DNA from: an uncultured Sedimenticola sp.
Lineage (GTDB): Bacteria > Pseudomonadota > Gammaproteobacteria > Chromatiales > Chromatiaceae
Assembly: GCA_964636335.1 (NCBI GenBank)
Contig: CAZWRE010000156.1
Coordinates: forward strand, 10,717-74,716
Length of the DNA: 64,000 nt
Direction of reading: 5' to 3'
The position numbers were made by a program, and so were the translations under genes. Numbering within the stretch: position 1 is the stretch's first letter; each line of letters opens with the position of its first letter. Below are positions 56,477 to 64,000 of this stretch, piece by piece. The notes under the pieces were generated by a model, which was not told where the DNA came from, did no database searches, and saw only the letters and a program-made list of their open reading frames with translations.

Positions 56477-57919
56477 TCAGACCAGACTCAGCAGCAGGTG
56501 GACGGTGAAATACAGGAAGATTACGGAAGCGCCCGAAGTAAAGGCCCAGAACCAGAAATGCTTGAAGAAGCTATAGGCTTGTTCCCGGGGGGTGCGCAGA
56601 CGCGTTCCCTGATAGTGGGCCACAGCCATCCCGCAGAGCAGGAAAAGCTGCATGGAATAACTGCGGCTCAGAAAAAAGGATGCAGTGGCGAAGCCCACGA
56701 AAGACAGAAACAGTACCCGGGCGATGGCGCGGTCTTCCGGGGGCAGGTCGTCCTTTGCGGGAAGTTCTTCGTCCGCAGTGAACTCCGGCCCGTCGCTCCT
56801 GCCTTGCAGGCGGTTCTCGGTGAGTATTTGCCATGCCGGCTTAATTTTCTTGCGCGGTTTCTGCAGCAGATACATCATCATGATGCAGGAACCGAAGAAC
56901 GAGAACCAGAGAAAATACCCGGGAATGCCCAGTTCGGCGAGCACCAAGATATAGGAGTTGTGGGCAGTCAACAGGTTATGATCACCAAAAAGACCGAAGC
57001 CCACGCCGAACACGGGGTTGTCAATAAGCATCTGTATGCCTTCGTACCAGGCATCCAGGCGCCCATAAGCTGATTCCTCTCCCGGGCTGATGGTGTCCAG
57101 GCGGCTGCTCAGGAAGAACATGGTGGGTATTGCCATCATGCCCATTACCAGGGTGCGGAAGATGCCAAATCGCCGCCATGAGTAGATGCCCAGTATGGCG
57201 CCCAGGGCCAGAATGGTTCCCCGGGAGTCGGTGAGCTTTATGCCCCAGAGAATGATTCCCACGCAGATCAGCAGGAGCAGCTTGATGATGAGGCGCCGGT
57301 TGGTGCGCATGAGGTGCATGGCCATGGGCAGAGCTGTGACCAGGGAGAGGCCCACGTCGTTGGGATCATTGAATATGCCGATGTAGCGCATGCGCCCAAG
57401 GATGGGGACCTCGCCGGTCCAGCCGGTGCCGGTAAGCTTCTGTTGTATGCCATGTACACTCATGAGCACCGCTCCTCCAACCATGAGCCACATCATCACA
57501 TGCAACCGCTTGCGTGAGAGGGCGGTAGCAGCTATCAGCAGGAATGTCAGGTACAGTGGTGCAAGCTTGATGATGGTCTCAAAGGATGCGGAAAGTCCTT
57601 CTCCGGCCAGGGCTACCGTCAGGGGGGAAAACAGCATCAGTGCTCCCAGCAGGTAGAACTGGGGTGCGTCCAGTGCCTTGTTGGCGGAAAACAGCCAGAA
57701 CAGGAAAGCAGAAAGAATGAGTACCGGCATGATGGGCCAGTCCATCATGGAAGGAATCCATTCCTGCGGGCGGATGAAGATCATCGCCACGTAGATGGTC
57801 AGCAGCACGAAGGTTGCCCTTGCGGGCTGGTCATGGGGTGTGGATCGCGCCTTGGGGAAGACTTCAGCTCCCTTGGTGTCGGGATCCCCGGTGATGCGTT
57901 CCGTTGCAATTCTCTCCAT
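56477..57919 (-). CDS. O-antigen ligase/Wzy-family polymerase
   Basis: IRPQE, GIFNDPND, TDSRG, GRLDAW, PVFGVG and AHNSY...AELG; multi-TM. Confidence 0.85.
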   Translation of the reverse strand: MERIATERITGDPDTKGAEVFPKARSTPHDQPARATFVLLTIYVAMIFIRPQEWIPSMMDWPIMPVLILSAFLFWLFSANKALDAPQFYLLGALMLFSPLTVALAGEGLSASFETIIKLAPLYLTFLLIAATALSRKRLHVMMWLMVGGAVLMSVHGIQQKLTGTGWTGEVPILGRMRYIGIFNDPNDVGLSLVTALPMAMHLMRTNRRLIIKLLLLICVGIILWGIKLTDSRGTILALGAILGIYSWRRFGIFRTLVMGMMAIPTMFFLSSRLDTISPGEESAYGRLDAWYEGIQMLIDNPVFGVGFGLFGDHNLLTAHNSYILVLAELGIPGYFLWFSFFGSCIMMMYLLQKPRKKIKPAWQILTENRLQGRSDGPEFTADEELPAKDDLPPEDRAIARVLFLSFVGFATASFFLSRSYSMQLFLLCGMAVAHYQGTRLRTPREQAYSFFKHFWFWAFTSGASVIFLYFTVHLLLSLV

Positions 57920-58329
57920 CGAGACTACCGGACCTGTCAAAGAATGTTGGCTTGGGGAAAAGCGTTCTGCCTGGAACGCCGGAAACAGGCACATCGGGGC
58001 GGTGAGCAGATTTCCACGCAAGGGTGGTTCCGGGAGGCTGGGCGCAGCGCATGATCAATTGTCGATTCCATGTTGTTGTTCAGTCGTCGTGAGAGTGTCG
58101 TCGAGTCTTGTCCGCCGGTGCTGTAGCAGTTTTCTGGAGCATCAGTCCCGCCCGAAACGGATCCCCGGGGTGTGTCCCCGGCCCGGAATTTCGATGCCAA
58201 TCAGGGATTTTTCCAGATTAACCCCGGAAGCTCCCTATTTCTTTGGCGGAGAATATCTTACACTAAATCCATGTGGTAATATGTCATCGTTGAAGTGATT
58301 CACATTTCTTGTATTCAGGGGTTGACAAA

Positions 58330-58962
58330 ATGGATTTGATGAAGCGTGTGGTGGGTCTCGTGGCCATGGTTCTGGGCGTCTTGGCAGGGGCGGGTTGTGT
58401 AACACAACCGGGAGCAGTGACCCAGGGACCACCGCCTGGTGGTTCGGAAGTGGTGGAGAAATACCAGATTGGGGTTGATGACACGCTTTCCGTATCGGTG
58501 TGGCGCAACCCGGAACTTTCGGTGAATGCCGTGGTTCGTCCTGATGGCATGATCACCGTTCCGGTAATCGGTGACGTGCTTGCCGCGGGCAAGACGCCCG
58601 AGGAAGTTGCGGGCGACATCAAGGATCGTCTCTCCCAGTACATCCGGAACCCCCAGGTGGCGGTGAGTGTGACCCGCCTGGTCAGTAATGCCTATCTGAC
58701 CAGGGTGCGTGTGACAGGTGCCGTGGTGCAGCCGGTTTCATCCCCTCATCGTCCCGGCATGACGGTGCTCGACGCGGTGCTGGAGGCCGGTGGTGTGACG
58801 GAGTTTGCCGCTCCCGACAATGCTCGTCTGTATCGCAAGGTTGATGGCAAGATCAATGCCTATCCCATTCACCTGAAACAGATCCTGCAGAAAGGCGACC
58901 TGAGTACCAATTACGAACTGCTTCCCGGGGATATCATTTCCATTCCCGAGCGGAGTTTCTGA
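58330..58962 (+). CDS. polysaccharide export lipoprotein (Wza/OPX, XrtA/PEP-CTERM-associated type)
   Basis: Lipobox-like GAGC; YQIGVDD, VRPDGMITVP, AGGVTEFA and LLPGDII. Confidence 0.9.
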   Translation: MDLMKRVVGLVAMVLGVLAGAGCVTQPGAVTQGPPPGGSEVVEKYQIGVDDTLSVSVWRNPELSVNAVVRPDGMITVPVIGDVLAAGKTPEEVAGDIKDRLSQYIRNPQVAVSVTRLVSNAYLTRVRVTGAVVQPVSSPHRPGMTVLDAVLEAGGVTEFAAPDNARLYRKVDGKINAYPIHLKQILQKGDLSTNYELLPGDIISIPERSF

Positions 58963-59019
58963 AGTGATATATCCAGGCCTGATTGATCGAGTAGCGGTAG
59001 AGGAAGGAGGAAGTCAGCA

Positions 59020-60576
59020 ATGCAGTTGACGTTTGAGCATTGGATGCACGGATTGGTGACGGAGTTTCGGCGTCAGAAGGTAAGGCTTGTGCTGATGTTT
59101 GCGATGGTGTCGCTGGCGACCCTGGCCGTAGGGCTCTACGTGCCCAAGAAATACGAGTCGTCCACGACCATACTCATCGGGGAAAAGAACATTATAGAAC
59201 CTCTCATGGAAGGCAGGGCAGTGCAGACGGACGTGCGCAGTTTTGGCCGCAATGCCCGTGAAATACTGGGAAGCCGCCGTGTGCTCACGGAGATCCTGGA
59301 TGCTGGCGGCTGGGATCTGAGCCAGTTGTCCCCCGTACAGGTAGAGGCGCTGATGGAAAAGATCATGGAAAGGACACGGGTGCAGAATGTTGGCGCCAAC
59401 CTGCTCAAGATCTCCTATTCGGACAGTGATCCCCAGCGGGCTTTTCGCGTTACCCGGCGTTACGCCGAATTGTTCATCCGTGAGAGCACAGACACCAAGA
59501 GGAGCGAGAGTCGGGAGGCCTTCGAGTTCATCCAGAATCAGGTTAACCAGTATCACCAGAAACTGCTGGAAGCGGAAAGGAAGCTGAAGGAATTCCGTAG
59601 CGGCAGTGTCGATGCCCGTCCAGGCTCCCAGGCGGACGTGGACAACCGGATAAGCCAGTTACGTCAGCAGATCAGTGATACCCGCTTGCGCCTCAATGAA
59701 GAACAGGAGCGTGAGAGATCCCTGTTGAAGCAGCTTTCGGGAGAGTCTGCGTTCAGTGTGCAGCTGGGCAAGGAGGAGCAGATCCGGGATCGTATTGCCG
59801 AGCTTCAGAATCAGAAGGACAATTTGCTGCTCAACTACTACGAAACCCATCCCGACGTGGTCAGTCTCACTCATCAGATCGAAGAACTGGAGCAGGCGCT
59901 GAAGCAGGAGATGGAAGCACGCAAGAACATGTCTGCTGGAGCGGAAAGGAAAAAGGCCGTGCAACGCAGTCCGCTCTATCAGGAGCTGCGTCGACAGTTG
60001 GCGGCTACCCGCACGCAGATTGCGACCTTGCGTACTCGTCTGCGGCTCACGGAGCAAAGTTTGTCGGAAGAGTTGGACAGAAGCGCCAGGGTGGCCAATT
60101 CAGAAGCGCAACTTGCGGAACTGACGCGTGACTATGAAGTCAATCGCAACATCTATCAGGATCTTCTTCGTCGCCGTGAGAATGCCCGGGTCTCAATGGA
60201 ACTGGACATGAAGGGGCAGAGTATCGCTTTCAGTATTCGGGAACCGGCCAGTCTGCCGTTGAAGCCCAAGGGGCTTAGACTGTTGCATTTTGCCGTGGCC
60301 GGGCTGATGCTGGGTGTCGCCTTGCCGTTGGGATATCTTGCTTTCCTGGTGCAGGTGAACCCGAAGGTGCGGTTGCCCTCCACCATACGCCAGGATCTGG
60401 GGCTGCGGGTTCTGGCTTCAATTCCGCCCCTTTATACTCCATCGCAGCGTGTATTCAATCGGGTTGTTACCCTTGTTCTCGCGGTGATAGTTCTGGCGGT
60501 GTTTGCAACCTATGGATATGTGGGATACATGAGGTATACCGACAAGCTGCTGATTCTTCCGCTGGTAGCGAGCTGA
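59020..60576 (+). CDS. polysaccharide chain-length determinant (PCP/Wzc N-terminal module)
   Basis: N-terminal TM, PKKYESSTTI, long coiled coil with YETHPDV and LTRDYEV...YQDLL, C-terminal TMs. Confidence 0.88.
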   Translation: MQLTFEHWMHGLVTEFRRQKVRLVLMFAMVSLATLAVGLYVPKKYESSTTILIGEKNIIEPLMEGRAVQTDVRSFGRNAREILGSRRVLTEILDAGGWDLSQLSPVQVEALMEKIMERTRVQNVGANLLKISYSDSDPQRAFRVTRRYAELFIRESTDTKRSESREAFEFIQNQVNQYHQKLLEAERKLKEFRSGSVDARPGSQADVDNRISQLRQQISDTRLRLNEEQERERSLLKQLSGESAFSVQLGKEEQIRDRIAELQNQKDNLLLNYYETHPDVVSLTHQIEELEQALKQEMEARKNMSAGAERKKAVQRSPLYQELRRQLAATRTQIATLRTRLRLTEQSLSEELDRSARVANSEAQLAELTRDYEVNRNIYQDLLRRRENARVSMELDMKGQSIAFSIREPASLPLKPKGLRLLHFAVAGLMLGVALPLGYLAFLVQVNPKVRLPSTIRQDLGLRVLASIPPLYTPSQRVFNRVVTLVLAVIVLAVFATYGYVGYMRYTDKLLILPLVAS

Positions 60577-60595
60577 TATCCGAAAAGCATGAAGA

Positions 60596-61432
60596 GTGGA
60601 ACAGGAAATACTCATGGATTCGATGACTGAAAAAGCTGAAGAAGAGAACAGCGAGAAGGCCAGGGAAACGGCCATGGTTCAGGGGCGAAGTGCCAGTCTG
60701 GAAAAGCGCCTGATGTCCGCGCGACAGATCGCAATGATGAAGGAGCCCTTGCCGCAGAGCATTTCACAGCTCAAGGCGCGCAAGATTATCTATCCTGGTA
60801 TGAAGGACCGGGAAGTCCTGGATACTTTCAGAAGGTTGCGAACCAAGTTGTTGCAGATCAGCAATGGTGAGAATTTCATCGTCATGCTCACGTCGGTGGC
60901 TCCCGGCAGCGGAGCAAGTTTCAGTGTGACCAACCTGGCTGCTGCTTTTGCCCTGGATGATACCAAGACCGCATTGGTGGTGGATTGCAATCTGCGCAAT
61001 CCGGTACAGCACAAGCGTTTCGGCGTGGGAGGAAACCGGGATCTTATTGGCCTGACGGACTATATCGAGAATCCTGAAACCCTGGATCCGGATGGCTGGT
61101 CTGTTGACGACATCATCTATCCCACCGGGATCAAGCGAGTGTCGCTGGTGCCGGTGGGAAAACGCCGGGAAGCCTCCCTGGAATATGTGGCTTCCGCCCA
61201 TATGGAAGCATTCTTTACGGAAGTTCGTGATCGATACCCGGATCGTTTTATATTCGTGGATGCTCCGTCACTGGTCGAGTCTCCTGATGCCATGGTGCTG
61301 GCGGATCTTGTGGATATGGTCGTGCTGTGCGTGGCGCACGGCAAGTCCACGCGCAGTGAAATCGCCCAGGTGGCGGCAGAGTTCGGCAATGACAAGTTGG
61401 TTGGTGTCATCTTTACGGAGGGCAATCCGTGA
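60596..61432 (+). CDS. CpsD/CapB-like BY-kinase homolog with degenerate Walker motifs
   Basis: FRRLRTKL; TSVAPGSGASF (no Lys); VDCNLR; FVDAPS; RYPDR. Confidence 0.8.
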   Translation: MEQEILMDSMTEKAEEENSEKARETAMVQGRSASLEKRLMSARQIAMMKEPLPQSISQLKARKIIYPGMKDREVLDTFRRLRTKLLQISNGENFIVMLTSVAPGSGASFSVTNLAAAFALDDTKTALVVDCNLRNPVQHKRFGVGGNRDLIGLTDYIENPETLDPDGWSVDDIIYPTGIKRVSLVPVGKRREASLEYVASAHMEAFFTEVRDRYPDRFIFVDAPSLVESPDAMVLADLVDMVVLCVAHGKSTRSEIAQVAAEFGNDKLVGVIFTEGNP

Positions 61433-62706
61433 AATTGAAATGGGCACAAGGTGGTTTGGCGTTCTGTGTTTGCGCAGCAAGCCTGTCTATTGGCCATGCG
61501 GCCGGAACCTGGGATTACTTTGGCTCTTATCAACTTGGTTATTCGGACAACCTGGAGTTGGCGCCGGATGGAGGCACCTCCGGGGCATACCATACCCTGG
61601 CCGCCGGCATCGGCTACGAAGAACACGGCACCCGGCTCGATGGCAATGTTGACGCCAGTGTCGAGTACATCAATTATCCCAGCGGGGCTTTCGATGATGA
61701 GACCTGGCTGTACATCGATGGCGACTTGCGCTGGGCTCTGGTCAGAGATCGTCTGTTCTGGGTGGTTACCGATTCTCTGACCAATCAGCCCATAGATGCA
61801 CGAGCGCCCAATACACCCGTGAACCTGCAACAGACCAACGTGTTTACCACGGGCCCAAGTCTTGTCTATCAGTTTGATGCGGCCAACAGTGTTCGGGCAG
61901 ATCTTCGCTATATGCATTCGTGGGCGGACGAAGACGATACCTTCAAGGCAAACCGCTGGTTTGCCGGAGCAAGCTGGATTTACGGTTTGACGGCTGCGGA
62001 TGATGTATCGCTTCATGCTACCTATTACGATACTGATTTTGACCAGAATGAGGATCAGGAGGATTATCGCAGACAAAGTCTTTTTGCCGCCTGGGAAAGA
62101 CGCACGGGAGAGAACTCCGTGCTGCGTGCGGAACTTGGCGTCATCAATGTCGATTTTGACGAGTCCGATAACGAGAATGGCTGGCGCGTGGTTCTTGAAT
62201 GGAACCATGTAATCTCCAGCAGCTCTTCCCTGACCGTCAACGGGCGCCATGGGCTCACGGATGCAGCTCTGTCCATTGCTACCGCCATCAACCCGGAGAC
62301 CATAGGCACTGATGTGATTTCCGGCGATGTTTATGAAGTAACGGCCCTGGATCTGGCCTACACGTTTTCGTGGGCGGCTTCGGCCATAGACATGGCAGGC
62401 AGCTACGAGCGGCAAAATTATGTTACCGATGGAGAGGTGGACCGGGATCTCGTGTCTGCCTCGGTGGGGTGGACGAGAAGTCTTGGCGGTGGCTGGAGAA
62501 GCCGTCTGTCGGGGGATTTCGATTGGGCGGATTATGATGATGGTGGCAATGACAAGACCTATCTCCTGTTTGCAGGGGTGGACTATGCCAGTACACCCAA
62601 CATCTCCTATCGCATGGGGGTGAACTGGGAGCGTAGGGACAGCAATTCGCCCAGTGCCGAATATGAAGACTGGGGAATAATCCTGATGGTAAGGTATGAT
62701 CGCTAG
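61429..62706 (+). CDS. EPS-associated outer-membrane beta-barrel protein
   Basis: Signal peptide, GYSDN, QQTNVFTTGP and amphipathic strands; last gene of the export operon. Confidence 0.75.
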   Translation: MKLKWAQGGLAFCVCAASLSIGHAAGTWDYFGSYQLGYSDNLELAPDGGTSGAYHTLAAGIGYEEHGTRLDGNVDASVEYINYPSGAFDDETWLYIDGDLRWALVRDRLFWVVTDSLTNQPIDARAPNTPVNLQQTNVFTTGPSLVYQFDAANSVRADLRYMHSWADEDDTFKANRWFAGASWIYGLTAADDVSLHATYYDTDFDQNEDQEDYRRQSLFAAWERRTGENSVLRAELGVINVDFDESDNENGWRVVLEWNHVISSSSSLTVNGRHGLTDAALSIATAINPETIGTDVISGDVYEVTALDLAYTFSWAASAIDMAGSYERQNYVTDGEVDRDLVSASVGWTRSLGGGWRSRLSGDFDWADYDDGGNDKTYLLFAGVDYASTPNISYRMGVNWERRDSNSPSAEYEDWGIILMVRYDR

Positions 62707-62747
62707 GCCGGTTTTCCGCGTTTGATTACTTTTTGCCTTGCTCTGTC

Positions 62748-63641
62748 ATGAGCGTGAACTATCGCCGCTGTTACGAAGTATTGCAGCTGAAGGCGGGCAC
62801 CAGCTGGGAAGATGTAAGGAAGCAATACAAGCGTCTTGCCCAGCACTGTCATCCTGATCGCTATCAGGGAGATGCTGATGCCCTCAGGGCCGTGGAAGCA
62901 AAACTTCGTGAACTGAACGCTGCCTACAAGATCCTGGCGGATTACCACAGGCGGCACAAACGCCTGCCTTTGGGGGGCGCTTCCTCTCATACCGATTGGC
63001 AGTTCCAGGATACCTCCAACCTCAGGGAAAGGGAGGAGCAGCTTCGGGTAGAGCGTCGATGGTCGTTTCTGGATCTGCCGGTTTCAAAATGGATGGTTTT
63101 TGCTTTTCCTGGTGGTGTCATCCTGCTGGTGATAGTGTTTCTTTTTTCGCATTCCGATAGTGATAGTGATGGTGATGTGGAGCCGATGGTTTTTCCGCAA
63201 GAGGTTGCGCCGTCCAAGGTACGGGGGGAAGTGCCGGTACAGAAAGAGCAACCGTTTTTCAGCTATGGGGATACCTGGAAAAAGATTGTCGATGTACAGG
63301 GAGAGCCGACCGCGATATCGGGTAACACCTGGTTCTATGGGAAATCACGGATCTTTTTTGAAGATGGCCATGTTGTTGGCTGGGAGCACGACAGCAGGAA
63401 TCCCTTGCTTGCCAAGGGAAGGGTTCCGGGAAGCGAAAAGGACGGAGAGCGTCGCTTGATCTACCTTGGAGACACTAAGGAAGATGTCCTGGAAATTCAG
63501 GGAAAACCGTTGATGGAATCCGACCGCCGCTGGGACTACGGGCCGTCCTTTATCGAATTCAGAGACGGCAAGGTGGTTCGCTGGCACAGTTCGGTATTGC
63601 GTCCACTGGCTGTGGCTGAGCCGGACGCTCGGGCGGACTGA
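62748..63641 (+). CDS. J-domain protein with a TM helix and two C-terminal repeats
   Basis: CYEVLQL...YKRLAQHCHPD...ELNAAYKIL; TM helix FPGGVILLVIVFLF; duplicated GDT..QG.P..W.YG.S.I.F.DG.VV.W. Confidence 0.82.
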   Translation: MSVNYRRCYEVLQLKAGTSWEDVRKQYKRLAQHCHPDRYQGDADALRAVEAKLRELNAAYKILADYHRRHKRLPLGGASSHTDWQFQDTSNLREREEQLRVERRWSFLDLPVSKWMVFAFPGGVILLVIVFLFSHSDSDSDGDVEPMVFPQEVAPSKVRGEVPVQKEQPFFSYGDTWKKIVDVQGEPTAISGNTWFYGKSRIFFEDGHVVGWEHDSRNPLLAKGRVPGSEKDGERRLIYLGDTKEDVLEIQGKPLMESDRRWDYGPSFIEFRDGKVVRWHSSVLRPLAVAEPDARAD

Positions 63642-63652
63642 GACGGTTTCGT

Positions 63653-64000
63653 TCAGCGGGCTCCCTTGCCGAACAGCACGACTTCCACGGTGCTCAGCAG
63701 GATGATCATGTCGAATCGCAGGGATTGGTGCTTGACGTAGTAGAGATCGAATTTCAGTTTCTCCGCAGCGTCCTTTTCATTGGCTCCGTATGGATAACAA
63801 AGCTGGGCCCATCCCGTCAGTCCCGGCTTCACCACGTGCCTGACGTCATAGTAGGGGATGGTTTCCTTCAGCCTTTCCACGAATTCCGGCCGTTCCGGGC
63901 GTGGCCCCACGAAGCTCATTTCGCCCCTGATGACATTCCAGCATTGGGGCAGTTCGTCTATGCGCACCTTGCGGATGAAACGCCCCACCCGGGTTACCCG
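63653..64000 (-). CDS. undecaprenyl-phosphate priming sugar transferase, 3' part (runs off window end)
   Basis: GRFIRKVRIDELPQ, MSFVGPRPERP, KPGLTGWAQ and DLYYVK; the GKGAR end is typical of XrtA-system sugar transferases. Confidence 0.92.
   Translation of the reverse strand, partial: RVTRVGRFIRKVRIDELPQCWNVIRGEMSFVGPRPERPEFVERLKETIPYYDVRHVVKPGLTGWAQLCYPYGANEKDAAEKLKFDLYYVKHQSLRFDMIILLSTVEVVLFGKGAR

Noticed and set aside
58289..58304. CRP/FNR-like site GTTGA-N6-TCACA upstream of the export operon
   Set aside because: Only one good half-site, in an AT-rich region; not distinguishable from chance
58993..59000. ops/JUMPstart-like AGCGGTAG before the PCP gene
   Set aside because: Mismatch to GGCGGTAG, no JUMPstart context, and it overlaps a purine-rich RBS region
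63156..63176. GATAGT/GATGGT microrepeat in the J-domain gene
   Set aside because: Short in-frame Asp-Ser/Gly linker; too short to suggest phase variation

Overview
GC-rich gammaproteobacterial chromosome segment; the lineage is inferred from gene content and is not verified. Housekeeping genes (lpxH 5' end, ppiB, ppiA, cysS, purB, an aspartate aminotransferase, uvrB, argH, fimS/algZ-algR, metE/metR) alternate with two accessory blocks. Block 1 (~3-27 kb) is a stress/metal/transport region. It holds an AMP/thymidine phosphorylase-Prs-GDT1-arsJ co-directional cluster with no GAPDH, an SpoIIAA-like/USP fusion, two APC permeases, an FtsH, a Czc-type RND operon whose outer-membrane factor is internally deleted, MscS, ArfB and alkaline phosphatase. 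Block 2 (~38.9-64 kb) is a Wzx/Wzy exopolysaccharide locus resembling XrtA/PEP-CTERM-associated clusters. It has WbpO/WbpP-like enzymes, four glycosyltransferases, several deacetylase/acylation candidates, two heparinase II/III-like proteins, a degenerate BY-kinase and a membrane-anchored J-domain protein. I recognised no tRNA, rRNA, CRISPR array or transposase. A REP-like hairpin cluster lies downstream of uvrB. Best leads: ArsJ paired with a phosphorylase instead of GAPDH; a shared (S)DGFE/DFE terminal motif on two secreted proteins; and the J-domain/pseudokinase/lyase-pair additions to the EPS export machinery. All family calls come from motif recognition by eye, with no database search.
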